A stretch of DNA of 64,000 nt from an uncultured bacterium (GCA_905214315.1 CAJMLN010000003.1:4137-68136), one strand, 5' to 3'. Positions 1 through 10,348 are shown, counted from the stretch's first letter. The notes: a model not told the origin generated them from the letters alone. Program-made: numbers and translations.

Positions 1-1
1 C

Positions 2-871
2 GCCATTCTCAATTCTTGTAAAGCGGTAGAAATGATGGGCATTCCGGTAGCCTACTTGAGCGTTACAAGACAAGGTGTTGTTGAGCCTACTGAACTGGAA
101 AGCGTCATTACAAACTCAACGAAGCTTGTCTCTGTAATGTATGCAAACAATGAAATTGGGAGTATTCAACCAATAAAAGAGTTATGTGATATCGCTCATA
201 AAAAAGGTGCTTTATTTCATACCGATGCCGTACAAGCTGTTGGTCATATTCGTATTGATGTTAAAGAACTGGGCATTGATCTACTGTCTGCCTCAGCTCA
301 TAAGTTTAATGGCCCTAAAGGAATCGGTTTTTTGTATGTCAAAAAAGGGACACCGATTTTTCCCTATGCAAACGGTGGCTCTCAGGAATCGTCATTGCGG
401 GCTGGCACAGAGAATGTAGCAGCTATCGTTGGAATGGCAGTAGCCTTAAAGAAAAATTGCGAGCAGATTGATAAGATGAGTAAACATATTACTGACCTTG
501 AGTCTAAATTATTATCCCTCCTTAAAACATATAATGTGCCGTTTATTCGCAATGGAGCAAATAACCACCTTGTAGGCAATATTAGTTTGTCTTTCCCCGG
601 TAAAGACGGAGAAGCCATCATGCACATTTTAGATCTGCATGGAATTTGTGTTTCAACTGGAGCTGCTTGTGACACAGTAAACACAGAAATCTCCCACGTG
701 TTGAAAGCTATAGGTTTACAAGAAAAGTATGCCAAAGGAACAATCCGTATTTCACTTGGCAAAAATAATACAAACGAGGATGTGCAGCATATTGCAGATT
801 CTCTTAAAAAGATAGAATTTGATTTCAAAACGTATAAAAATTTTGCGGAAGCACAAAAGCACGAGAAATAA
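2..871 (+). CDS. cysteine desulfurase (NifS/IscS-type, PLP-dependent), 5'-partial at window start
   Basis: Frame open from nt 2 (AILNSCKAVE...). PLP-lysine region SASAHKFNGPKG, SLRAGTEN, active-site Cys loop STGAAC. Visibly AT-richer (~40% GC by eye) than the rest of the window. Confidence 0.85.
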   Translation, partial: AILNSCKAVEMMGIPVAYLSVTRQGVVEPTELESVITNSTKLVSVMYANNEIGSIQPIKELCDIAHKKGALFHTDAVQAVGHIRIDVKELGIDLLSASAHKFNGPKGIGFLYVKKGTPIFPYANGGSQESSLRAGTENVAAIVGMAVALKKNCEQIDKMSKHITDLESKLLSLLKTYNVPFIRNGANNHLVGNISLSFPGKDGEAIMHILDLHGICVSTGAACDTVNTEISHVLKAIGLQEKYAKGTIRISLGKNNTNEDVQHIADSLKKIEFDFKTYKNFAEAQKHEK

Positions 872-967
872 CTCCCACGTTTCTTATAAACCATTTGGAT
901 CTATAGGTTTTAACTCTTATGCCTTCCCTTCACGATATTTATACAAAAACGGTGAAAATCACCTTGA

Positions 968-2551
968 CAAATCTCGTCTCAAAAAGAATATCTATTGAAG
1001 TACGCTAATGAGCATGGTTTTTCCAATCCGAAATTCTATGTGGACGATGGTTATACGGGTACGAATTTTGACCGTCCTTCTTTTAAGGAAATGTCAACGG
1101 ATATTGAAAAAGGGCTTGTAAAAACGGTCATTGTTAAGGACTTATCCCGTTTCGGCAGGAACTATATTGAAGTCGGCTCTTACTCCGAAATCATCTACCC
1201 CGAAGCAGGCGTGCGCTTTATCGCCATCATGGACAATGTGGATACGGGCAGCCTTGAAAGCAACGAATTTGCCGCCTTTACCAATCTGTTTAACGAGTGG
1301 TATCCGAAAAGCACGAGCAAAAAGGTAAAGGAAGTCAAGAAGGCAAAGGGGCTTGCAGGCGAGCATTTAGGTGCGCCGCCATACGGGTATCTGAAAAATC
1401 CAGACGACAGTACCCATTGGCTGGTGGACGAGGAAGCGGCGGCAGTTGTCCGCAGGATATTTTCCCTCTGTATGCAGGGAAAGGGAATATCTGCGATTGC
1501 CACTATTTTGTGGGAGGATAAGGTGCTTACCCCGTCAGCCTACAAAGCGTCCAAAGGCATCGGTGTAGCCAGAGTATCGGAAAATCCGTATAACTGGGAA
1601 ACTTCCATGATTGCGACCATCTTGGAGAATGTGGCATATATCGGCGTGACGGAAAGTTTCAAATCCACCCATTTAGGTTTTAAGAGTAAGAAGCGCATTC
1701 CCACCGCCAAAGACAGGCGGGCATATATTGAGGACGCACACACTCCTATCATAGATAAAGAGGTGTGGGATAAGGTGCAGATGATACGGAAGGGAAAGCG
1801 CAGACCGACCAAAAGCGGCACGACCAGTATGTTTTCGGGGCTGCTCTATTGTGCAGACTGCGGGGCGAAATTAAGTCTTGCCACCGCCAACGGTTATACG
1901 CACTTCCGCTGTTCGCAGTATAAGCGGACGAGCAGGGCAAAGGAATGTACGCAGCACTATATCCGAGAGGACGCACTGTATCAGTTAGTGTTAAAACAGC
2001 TTCAGCACTTTCTGTCCTATTTGCAGCAGTTTGAACGGGTATTTATCAAAAGACAGATTGACACGACCCTTGCACAGCGCAGGTTTGAACTGTCCGCCAA
2101 ACAGAAGCAGATAGAAAAGGACGAAAAAAGGATAAGCGAGCTTGACCGCCTGTTCCGTAAAATCTATGAGGATAACGTCAACGGGAAACTGAACGACGAG
2201 CGTTTTTACAAGCTGTCTGACGGATATGAATCCGAGCAGGAACAGTTAAAGCGTGAAATCGAAGCGTTGACCGCAGAGATTAGCGAAGCCGACACGGAAG
2301 CGACCAATGTAGCAAAGCTGATAGCCGTCACAAAGAAATATACCCGTATTGACGAACTCACACCCGAAATCCTCAATGCCTTTGTGGATAAAATCGTAGT
2401 CTATGAACGGGTAAAGAAAGACGGGAAACGGACGCAGGCGATTGATGTCTACTATTCCTATGTCGGGATTGTGGACATCCCCACGGACGAGGAAATGCGT
2501 GAAATGGAACGGGAATATCTGCGGCGTACCAATCATCAGCAAACTGCCTGA
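968..2551 (+). pseudogene. large serine recombinase, N-terminally truncated (catalytic-serine segment absent)
   Basis: Resolvase-core remainder (..QISSQKEYLLKYANEHGF.., VKDLSRFGRN), recombinase domain, Cys-rich zinc-ribbon-like CADCGAKL..FRCSQY, coiled-coil C-terminus. Similarity begins right after an in-frame TGA (965-967). Only a TTG at 995 is available as a start. The expected ~50 N-terminal residues with the nucleophile Ser are missing. Confidence 0.8.
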
Positions 2552-2562
2552 ATACAGGCAAA

Positions 2563-2604
2563 GGCAGGAGAAAATCTGTACTCCTGCCCATACATATCTT
2601 TTTT
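2563..2604 (+). terminator. weak intrinsic terminator after the recombinase remnant
   Basis: Hairpin GGCAGGAG-N10-CTCCTGCC; the T-run starts ~10 nt further downstream, so it is non-canonical. Confidence 0.35.
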
Positions 2605-2687
2605 ATCCCTATCTGGTTTAACCCATGTATCATTATTGAAAAACTAAAATCGGCAGCGGAAGAGAGTTTCTTTTTTTAGTTGATGGT

Positions 2688-3075
2688 CTAGTTCTGGCTG
2701 TTGCTTTGCAGATCTGTCATATGGGTGTATATTCCATTTTGCTTATATAATGCGTCAGGCGTTCCCTGCTCTGCAACTACGCCGTTTGCCAGGATGACGA
2801 TTTTGTCCGTACCTGCGACGGTGCGCATACGATGGGCAATTACAAGAACAGTCTTGTTTTGAATAAGTCTTGAAAGCGCCGTTTGGATGAGTGTTTCGTT
2901 TTCTACATCAAGGGAAGCGGTTGCTTCGTCAAGCAGGAATAGGCGCATCCTTGAGGAAAGCACAGGTGATAGAGATTCTCTGCCGTTCGCCGCCGGATAA
3001 TTCACAGCCATTTTCCCCAACATTAGTGTTCCACTTGTCCGGGAGTTTTTGGATAGATATTGATAGGAGAAACAA
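2688..3075 (-). pseudogene. ABC exporter ATP-binding domain remnant (5'-truncated and frameshifted)
   Basis: Two frames carry consecutive NBD motifs. ORF 2929-3120 has ..[38 protein letters not shown] 2688-3023 continues with [10 protein letters not shown] (Walker B), H-loop VIAHR and the C-terminus. No Walker A and no transmembrane domain are present. The 5' end abuts the nagA stop. Confidence 0.8.
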
Positions 3076-3085
3076 ACTGTTTTGT

Positions 3086-4213
3086 TTACGGAAAATCGGA
3101 ATAGATATGGAATTGTTCATCGAACACGGTAAAAACAGCGCGTTTACCAGGGGCTATTGATCCATATTCCGTCAGGTGCATTGCCTTGGCTGGTACGGCG
3201 GTAAGCATATTTACTGCATTTGTCAATTCAATGCCGGCTTGTACCGCTTGCTTTAAAAGAGTATCTGCAGTAGCGATGCTGCCGGCAAAAGCGCTGCGGT
3301 CGGCTAATTTGGCAACGCCGTCCTCAATCAGATACGGAACAGAACCGCAGTCGGTCAGGCCGGCGCAGTTTTTCATGCCTGCAAAGCGAATGGCGTCGGA
3401 AATTAAACATACATGATCGAATCCCTTGATTTGGGTGATCATCTTCAGCAGCTCCGGCGGCAGATGGCAGCCGTCTCCAATGGCTTCAACAAACATATCC
3501 TGCAGCAGAAATGCAGTTTCAATAATTCCTAATTTCCGAAAGCCGCTTTGCCGGGTTATAGTAGAGGTACAGGAATAAAGATGTGTTACCAAACGGCATC
3601 CTGCGGAAAAAGCAGGAAGAATTTCCTTATAGGTTGCAGCAGAATGCCCCATGGAAGGAACGATGCTGTGTTCTGTTAAAAAACGGATGAAATCGTGATC
3701 TGCGTCCAGCTCCGGGGCGTAAGTCCAGCGCCGGATAAGAGACCCGAACCGTTTTACTAAGGCTGTATATTCCTCACGAACGGGGGCACGGACTGCCCCT
3801 GCGTCCTGCGCACCGCACATCTTTGGGGAAAGATAGGGGCCTTCCAGGTGTGCGCCGGGAAGAATCATTTGCTGACGGTGCTGTTCTGTTTCCATCACGG
3901 TAAGGGCTTTTTCTAAAACCGGCAGAGCCGAGGCTGAAAAAGTAGGGTACAGGATCCGGGTGCCGTGCTGATAATGAATCCGGCAGCAGCGGGCAAAGGC
4001 TTCGGGGGTAGCGTCGATAAATTCAAAGCCGTCTCCGCCGTGGCAGTGGAGATCGATAAAGCCGGGTGAGAGAAAATATCCGCAGAGATCAATTTCTTTT
4101 TGGAAGGGAATTTCTTGGCGGGTTACGGCATGAATGATGCCGTTGTCTACATAAACATAGCCGTCAAAAATTCCGGTTTCTGTCAGAATGTTATCGCATT
4201 TATACCGTAGCAT
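3086..4213 (-). CDS. nagA: N-acetylglucosamine-6-phosphate deacetylase
   Basis: Start MLRYKCDN.. at 4213 (the track ORF is extended upstream into nagB). Metal-binding [10 protein letters not shown] plus amidohydrolase-fold motifs. 14-nt overlap with nagB. Confidence 0.9.
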   Translation of the reverse strand: MLRYKCDNILTETGIFDGYVYVDNGIIHAVTRQEIPFQKEIDLCGYFLSPGFIDLHCHGGDGFEFIDATPEAFARCCRIHYQHGTRILYPTFSASALPVLEKALTVMETEQHRQQMILPGAHLEGPYLSPKMCGAQDAGAVRAPVREEYTALVKRFGSLIRRWTYAPELDADHDFIRFLTEHSIVPSMGHSAATYKEILPAFSAGCRLVTHLYSCTSTITRQSGFRKLGIIETAFLLQDMFVEAIGDGCHLPPELLKMITQIKGFDHVCLISDAIRFAGMKNCAGLTDCGSVPYLIEDGVAKLADRSAFAGSIATADTLLKQAVQAGIELTNAVNMLTAVPAKAMHLTEYGSIAPGKRAVFTVFDEQFHIYSDFP

Positions 4214-4973
4214 TGAGTTTTGCCGCACTTTCTTTATCGCAATATAAAATTGCGTGAGGATGCCTGCGCAGAATGGAGGCAGGACAGTGTTCGTCAATTT
4301 TGTTAGTAGTAAGCATTTCTTTGACGGCAGCTGCCTTGGAGGCGTAAGGAACGGAACAGAACAGGTGCTTGGCACGGAAGAGCGCCGGAATCGTAAGGGT
4401 AAGCGCATAGCGGGGAACATCGTCAAGGGCAGCAAAGCAGCCGTCATGTACCTGCTGCATCCGGCAGGTTTGGTCCAGTATTACTTTTTTTACGAGGAAG
4501 GGATCGTTAAAATCCGCTACCGGCGGATCATTAAAGGCAATGTGGCCGTTCTCGCCTACGCCCAAACATACGATGTCCACAGGGTGCGCCGCCAGAAGCG
4601 CAGAGTATCGCCGGATTTCGGCGGAGAGATCTTCTGCCGCTGTGTTGATATAGTATACCGCGCGAAACGGGGCTTTTTCAAAGATGTGCCGGGCCAGATA
4701 ATGGCCGAATGCGGCGGGAGAGTTTTCTGGCAGACCGATATATTCATCCATATGAAAAGCATTGATTTTTTTCCACGGAATATCTTTTTGGGTGAGCAGG
4801 GCACGCAGGGTTTCGTTCTGCGAGGGGGCGGCGGCAAAAATCATGTTGAGTTCTTCTTTTTTTGTAAGCTCCTCCCGGATTGTACGGGCAATATCCTGAC
4901 CGGCGGTATCGCCCAGCTCTGCGGGGGTATCTGAAATTTTTACCGTCAGGGCGTCGCAGCAAAATTGTTTCAT
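4200..4973 (-). CDS. nagB: glucosamine-6-phosphate deaminase
   Basis: 257 aa. FHMDEY and GVGENGHIAFNDP motifs typical of NagB/6-phosphogluconolactonase-fold deaminases. Confidence 0.9.
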   Translation of the reverse strand: MKQFCCDALTVKISDTPAELGDTAGQDIARTIREELTKKEELNMIFAAAPSQNETLRALLTQKDIPWKKINAFHMDEYIGLPENSPAAFGHYLARHIFEKAPFRAVYYINTAAEDLSAEIRRYSALLAAHPVDIVCLGVGENGHIAFNDPPVADFNDPFLVKKVILDQTCRMQQVHDGCFAALDDVPRYALTLTIPALFRAKHLFCSVPYASKAAAVKEMLTTNKIDEHCPASILRRHPHAILYCDKESAAKLNATV

Positions 4974-5072
4974 GATATCATCTCCTGTTTTCAGTATAGC
5001 ATAAGTATTTTTGTATGAGAATTGATATTTTTATCAAAATATATTGCAAAAAGTATACAATGTGATACAATA

Positions 5073-5894
5073 ATGCCGGTGATAAACGTGAACAGCTATG
5101 TGTTTTTTGAAAATTGGCAATATTCTTACCGAGTGACTGAGAAACCGCAGTATAATGAAATTACATTGCATCGGCATGAGGCCTATGAAATGCTGTATTT
5201 TATCTCCGGTGATGCGGAATGTGTGTTTGAAAATCAGCGGAAAAAGCTGTTTCCGGGAGATGTGGTACTGATTCCGCCGCGGGAGCTTCATGGCATTGAG
5301 ATCCTTTCGGACAGGCGGTATGCGCGGGCGGTTATCAATTTTGCAAAGCTTCCGGTGGAAAGCGGCGTCCTTGCGCTGTTTTCGCAGCCCTGTATTATCA
5401 ATATAGCGGCGAATGCAGGAATAGGCGGGGGCTTTCAGCGTTTGCGGGATTATGCCGATCAGTTTTCGGGGAATATAAGACAGCAGGTTATGACCGGTAC
5501 GATTGTGGAATTATTGTATTTGCTCTATGCTACGGAGCGGCAGAATATTGTGCGGCCCAAAGAGCAATTGACGCCCTTTATGAACCGGTGCCTGCAATAT
5601 ATGGAAAACCATATAACGGAAATTGGAGACCTTCGGGAGATATGCGATTATTTTCATATAAGCCGGGCCTATTTGTTCCGTGCGTTTAAGGAGGCTATGG
5701 AGACTACCCCTAAAAAATATATGGAAAACCGACGCTTGCATATTGCTAAAAATCTTATCTCCGTAGGTGAAAGCCCTACCAAAGTATATCTGCGCTGCGG
5801 TTATCGAGATTATTCGGCTTTTTTTCGGGCGTATAAGCGCTTGTTCGGTTGTGCCCCCAGCGGTAAAAAGCCTGAAAAAGAGAATATGAAATAA
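5073..5894 (+). CDS. AraC-family transcriptional regulator (cupin N-domain + HTH)
   Basis: C-terminal AraC HTH (ICDYFHISRAYLFRAFKE..GYRDYSAFFRAYKRLFG). ATG at 5073 preferred over the TTG at 5022. Divergent from nagBA. Confidence 0.85.
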   Translation: MPVINVNSYVFFENWQYSYRVTEKPQYNEITLHRHEAYEMLYFISGDAECVFENQRKKLFPGDVVLIPPRELHGIEILSDRRYARAVINFAKLPVESGVLALFSQPCIINIAANAGIGGGFQRLRDYADQFSGNIRQQVMTGTIVELLYLLYATERQNIVRPKEQLTPFMNRCLQYMENHITEIGDLREICDYFHISRAYLFRAFKEAMETTPKKYMENRRLHIAKNLISVGESPTKVYLRCGYRDYSAFFRAYKRLFGCAPSGKKPEKENMK

Positions 5895-6001
5895 ATTTTA
5901 TTCTGCCGAACGTCTTGTTTTTTTGAAATTTGAAGATAAAAATACTGCCCCTGTTGTGTTTTTCTGCGAAACCTGTGAATAAGCGCAAATCTGCCGGGAT
6001 T

Positions 6002-6595
6002 TCAAATGTTTTCCTCTATAAAGTGGCTGTCGTATTGATTCCAATATTTTGGATAGGTATTGCCGCTGCCGTTGAAATTTAATTGATACATTCGAAATGT
6101 TACGGGAATATTTTTTGGCTGCCATTGCTCTACATAGGAGTAGCGATAAGTCATTCCTAATTTCTGCATTACTCGTCCGCTGCGGGGATTATTGATATCG
6201 TGGGTGGCGGTGATATAGGGATATCCCGCGGCTTTAATGCGTGATACAACGGCTGCGGCTGCTTCCGTAACGATGCCCTGATTCCAAAAATCCTTGGTTA
6301 ACCCGTAGCCAAAATCATAGCTGTCATCCTGGGCGAGCCATATATAGCCGATAGGAATATCCTCTTCTTTTTTGCATATGGCATAGCGATAGGCAGAGGG
6401 AAGGCTGTAATAGGACAGAAAGTTTTTTTCTAAAAACTGTTTTGCTTCGTTCATGTCTTTTAAAGGAAACCAGGGAAGAAACGTATTCATTTCCGGTTCC
6501 TGCAGCATATGAAAAAGTGCGGGGATATCAGAAACGGTGAATTTACGCAAAAACAGGTGCTCAGTATAGAGAAACGGAGTATTTTCCTGAAGCAT
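6002..6595 (-). CDS. GNAT-family N-acetyltransferase (RimJ/RimL-like)
   Basis: 197 aa. Acetyl-CoA binding region WNQGIVTEAAAAV; RBS GGAGG upstream. Confidence 0.8.
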   Translation of the reverse strand: MLQENTPFLYTEHLFLRKFTVSDIPALFHMLQEPEMNTFLPWFPLKDMNEAKQFLEKNFLSYYSLPSAYRYAICKKEEDIPIGYIWLAQDDSYDFGYGLTKDFWNQGIVTEAAAAVVSRIKAAGYPYITATHDINNPRSGRVMQKLGMTYRYSYVEQWQPKNIPVTFRMYQLNFNGSGNTYPKYWNQYDSHFIEENI

Positions 6596-6761
6596 TTTTA
6601 CCTCCTGTAATTGAACGATATAATTTTTAGCTATTATAGGATTGTTTTTTTACTTTGTCAAGATCAGCATATTAAAAAAGATAAACAGAGGTTTGTGTTG
6701 CTTTTCGCTTTTCGATTTGTTATAATAATAAAAAATTTGGAGGGTTCACAGGAGGACTTTT

Positions 6762-9296
6762 ATGGATACCCGATTACAGGAGTGTCTTGCCGGGGCACAG
6801 TTTGACTATATGGCGCCGTTTTTATGGCTCCACGGAGAGAGTGAGGAATTGTATATTTCCGAGCTTCACCGTATTTATGAATCCGGCATCCGGTCGGTAT
6901 GTCTGGAATCGCGCACGCATGAGGATTTCTGCCGGGAGGGCTGGTGGAAGGATGTGCGCCGGATTTTGGACGAGTGCAAAAAGCTGGGAATGAAGCTGTG
7001 GATTTTGGATGACAAGCATTTTCCTTCCGGCTATGCCAACGGCATTTTTATTGAAAAATATAAAGATCTGCAGCCCTTTGGCATTACGGAATATCATGCC
7101 GATGTTCCCGGCCCGGTTGAGAACGGCGCCGTGCTGGCTGAGCAATGGGTAAAGCCGGAGGAGGAGATTCTGGCCGTGCTGGCCTGCCGGCATATCCCCG
7201 ACAGCCCTCTGTTTACCGGCGAGGTGCTGGATATTACCTCCGGTCTTGCGGACGGCATGGTTTACTTTGATTTGCCCGAGGGACTGTGGCGAATTGTTTT
7301 TTTGATTAAAACGCGCGCGGGAATCGCGCCTTATGCGCGCTGTTATTCCGATAAGCTGAATCCCGAGGCTACCCGGCTTTATATTGAAGAGGTATTTGAA
7401 TCGCACTATGCGCATTTTAAAGAGGAGTTTGGCAGTACCTTTTTAGGCTTTTTTGCCGATGAGCCGTGCTTCCATAACAATACCGCCATTTGCGGCGATG
7501 TGGATCTGGGGCAGCCGTTTATCCATTTGCCCTGGCATCAGAACGTGGCGGAAAAGCTGAAGAAAGCGTACGGCGAAGGCTTTTATACAAAACTGCCGGG
7601 GCTGTGGTTTGATTTTGACAACGGGCTTTCTCAAGAAATACGCTTGAAATATATGGATATTGTTTCCCGCGGGTTTGAAGAATATTACAGCCGGCCGGTG
7701 GGACAGTGGTGCCGGGAGCACGGGGTGATGTTTATCGGGCATATCATTGAGGATAATCACCGCCATGCCGGAACGGGACTGGGGCCGGGGCATTATTTCC
7801 GCGCCATCGGCCCTATGGATATGGCCGGTATTGATGTGGTTCTGCACCAGATTATGCCCGGGCTTACCGAGTGCAGCAGCGCGGGCTGCGTCAGCTATAA
7901 GCATATGCTCTATAATTTTTTCAATTATTATCTGGCAAAGCTGGCGTCCTCTCTGGCACATTTTGATCCTGCCAAAAAGGGCCGGGCCATGTGCGAAATT
8001 TTCGGCGCATACGGCTGGGGCGAGGGGACCAGGATGATGAAATACCTGGCCGACCATATGCTGGTGCGCGGCATTAACTATTTTGTGCCGCACGCGTTTT
8101 CCCCCAAGCCGGATGACCCGGACTGCCCGCCGAATTTTTATGATTCCGGCAAAAATCCGCAGTACCCGTATTTTAAGGATATTATGGATTATATGAACCG
8201 CTGTTGCCATCTGCTCAGTGACGGCGAGGCGGAGATCTCCTGCGCACTGCTCTATGATGCCGAAGCGCACTGGATGTGCACCGATCTTACGCCGCTGGAG
8301 GACTGCGCCAAGGTGCTGTATGACCATCAGATTGACTATGATATCGTTCCCCAGGATGTGCTCGGGGAGCTTAAGGGCAAGTATTCGCTGTTGATTGTGC
8401 CGTGGCCGGGTCGTCCTGTGCCGGAGCTGGAGGAAAAGCTGAAATCCTCCGGTCTGCGCTTTGTGTACGCGGCAAAACAGGGTTCGGATACCGCCGGCCG
8501 GCCGTTGGTTCCGGTGGAGGAGCTGCCCTCCTGCTTTGCGCAGACAGAAAGAGACGTAGTGTGCGACCGCGAGACTCCGGCACTGAAATACCGCCATTAT
8601 AAACGCGGCGGCGCACATATTTATATGTTTGTAAGCGAGGATATTCACAACACTGTTTCGGTCAACGTTACGCTTTCTGCTTTTGCAGGCGGCACTTATA
8701 CGGAATATGATCCGATGAAAAATATCGCCGTGAAAAAGACGGCTGAAAAAGAGGTGCCGATTGTGCTGGAGCCGTATCATTCGGTGATGCTGTGTTTGGG
8801 CGAGGTTGTTTGCAGCGGCGTGCCGGAGGCGCCGGAAACGGAAGTAACAGAGGAATTTTCTCTTGCACCGGTCTTTGATATTTTTATAAAAAAGCCGGAA
8901 GAAGAAGCCTATTCGTTTTATAAAACGACGGACACTTTGTTTAATATCACCGGCCCCGATGCTCTGCCGCGCTTTTCGGGCAATATACGGTACCAGGCTG
9001 TGTTTCATTTGGAGGAGGCGGGCAGCTTTTTGCTGAATCTTGGCCGTGTGGGGGAAACTGCCTGTGTGGAAATTAACGGCCGCGCTGTGGGCACGCAGAT
9101 CCTTCCGCCCTATGACTTTGATATTTCCGAGGCGGTGCGGCGGGGGGAGAATACGCTGTGCGTTACCGTAAGCAATACCAATGTGTTCCGCCTGCGCGAC
9201 GGGTTTTCCAAATATCTGCTGATAGAGCCCTCCGGACTGCTCGGACCGCTGACGCTGAAAAAATACCGTAAAATTTTCAAGGGGAAATTAAAATAA
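6762..9296 (+). CDS. putative glycoside hydrolase, family unassigned (N-terminal TIM-barrel-like region, C-terminal galactose-binding-like beta-sandwich)
   Basis: 844 aa. The N-terminus APFLWLHGESEEL..GIRSVCLESR..WILDDKHFPSGYANG resembles cytoplasmic glycosidases. The C-terminus GRVGETACVEINGRAVGTQILPPYDFDISEAVRRGENTLCVTVSN resembles a GH2-type sugar-binding domain. No signal peptide. Confidence 0.5.
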   Translation: MDTRLQECLAGAQFDYMAPFLWLHGESEELYISELHRIYESGIRSVCLESRTHEDFCREGWWKDVRRILDECKKLGMKLWILDDKHFPSGYANGIFIEKYKDLQPFGITEYHADVPGPVENGAVLAEQWVKPEEEILAVLACRHIPDSPLFTGEVLDITSGLADGMVYFDLPEGLWRIVFLIKTRAGIAPYARCYSDKLNPEATRLYIEEVFESHYAHFKEEFGSTFLGFFADEPCFHNNTAICGDVDLGQPFIHLPWHQNVAEKLKKAYGEGFYTKLPGLWFDFDNGLSQEIRLKYMDIVSRGFEEYYSRPVGQWCREHGVMFIGHIIEDNHRHAGTGLGPGHYFRAIGPMDMAGIDVVLHQIMPGLTECSSAGCVSYKHMLYNFFNYYLAKLASSLAHFDPAKKGRAMCEIFGAYGWGEGTRMMKYLADHMLVRGINYFVPHAFSPKPDDPDCPPNFYDSGKNPQYPYFKDIMDYMNRCCHLLSDGEAEISCALLYDAEAHWMCTDLTPLEDCAKVLYDHQIDYDIVPQDVLGELKGKYSLLIVPWPGRPVPELEEKLKSSGLRFVYAAKQGSDTAGRPLVPVEELPSCFAQTERDVVCDRETPALKYRHYKRGGAHIYMFVSEDIHNTVSVNVTLSAFAGGTYTEYDPMKNIAVKKTAEKEVPIVLEPYHSVMLCLGEVVCSGVPEAPETEVTEEFSLAPVFDIFIKKPEEEAYSFYKTTDTLFNITGPDALPRFSGNIRYQAVFHLEEAGSFLLNLGRVGETACVEINGRAVGTQILPPYDFDISEAVRRGENTLCVTVSNTNVFRLRDGFSKYLLIEPSGLLGPLTLKKYRKIFKGKLK

Positions 9297-9340
9297 TCTG
9301 TTTTATCTGCCGCGGAATTCTCGTCGGTCTGCGGGCAGCA

Positions 9341-9377
9341 AAGACGGGCGGCTTAAAGAGAGCCGGCCGTCTTTTTT
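9341..9377 (+). terminator. intrinsic terminator after the glycoside-hydrolase-like gene
   Basis: AAGACGGGCGGCT-loop-AGCCGGCCGTCTT followed by TTTTTT. Confidence 0.75.
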
Positions 9378-9510
9378 ATAAAGATACAGTATAGAATTTT
9401 GTTTGCCGTGCATAAAGTTTCAGCTAAGGGAATAAAATAGAAATATTGCCCCTGAGCAAAGCCTAACATTTGCGTGCTTTCTGACATATCATAATTGAGG
9501 TGAGTTGATT

Positions 9511-10329
9511 ATGTATGTTTTTGATGCGCATTGCGACTATCTTTACCGCCGGGTTAAAGATGGCACTACGGCACTTACGCCGGACGGTGTGGCAAGGGCA
9601 AAGCTCAGGAAGAGCGTTTTTGCCGCGTTTGAGGGGCATTTGGCCGAAAGAAATTTAGTAAAAAGGCAGGCGGAGGCTTTTGAGGAGCCTAAGCCGGTAG
9701 AACAGACTTTTTTAGCCTTTGAAGGCCTCAGCTGGCTGAGCTCGCTAAAAGACGCCCAGGAAATTATTGAGAAAAAGCCGGTCTATGTGGGACCGATGTG
9801 GAACCGGGCCAACGCGCTGGGCGGGAGCTGCCGTGAAGACGGAGAGCTTACGCAGTTTGGGGAATGTGTATTGAGCGAGATCGGCGATCACGGAATTTTA
9901 ATCGATCTTGCGCATGCAGGGGAGCGGATGTTTGCGTCCTGTGCGGAAAAATTGAAAAATGTGATTTTCAGCCATGGGAATGTAAACCGCATCCATGAGA
10001 ATATCCGGAATTTAAAGGATTGGCAGATCAAAAAGCTGATTGCCCTGGATTCCTTTATGGGGCTGACGCTGTATGAGGATTTTGTGGGCGGAAGAAACCT
10101 GGAAAAATTATTTGAACATATCGAGGCGGTGCTGATGGACGGCGGCGAGAATATTTTGGGCTTTGGCAGCGATATTGACGGCTGTGATAAACTGGTGGGC
10201 CAAAGCGATGACGTTGGTGTTTTCGGCGATATTATAGAAGAGATGCTGCGGCGGAATTATTCTGTTAGTTTGGTGGAAAAGCTGCTGCACGGTAATTTTG
10301 AAAAAAATCTGGCCCGGATAAAACAATAG
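9511..10329 (+). CDS. membrane-dipeptidase-family (peptidase M19-like) metallohydrolase
   Basis: N-terminal FDAHCD metal-binding motif and DLAHAG. ATG at 9511 follows the RBS GAGGTGAG. Confidence 0.65.
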   Translation: MYVFDAHCDYLYRRVKDGTTALTPDGVARAKLRKSVFAAFEGHLAERNLVKRQAEAFEEPKPVEQTFLAFEGLSWLSSLKDAQEIIEKKPVYVGPMWNRANALGGSCREDGELTQFGECVLSEIGDHGILIDLAHAGERMFASCAEKLKNVIFSHGNVNRIHENIRNLKDWQIKKLIALDSFMGLTLYEDFVGGRNLEKLFEHIEAVLMDGGENILGFGSDIDGCDKLVGQSDDVGVFGDIIEEMLRRNYSVSLVEKLLHGNFEKNLARIKQ

Positions 10330-10348
10330 AACAGTTATTCATAGAGGT

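Noticed and set aside
7443-9008. 521-aa minus-strand ORF
   Set aside because: It lies entirely antisense to the 844-aa glycosidase-like gene. The composition is Arg/His/Ala-rich and low in complexity, with no RBS or motifs. This is a typical shadow ORF of a GC3-rich gene.
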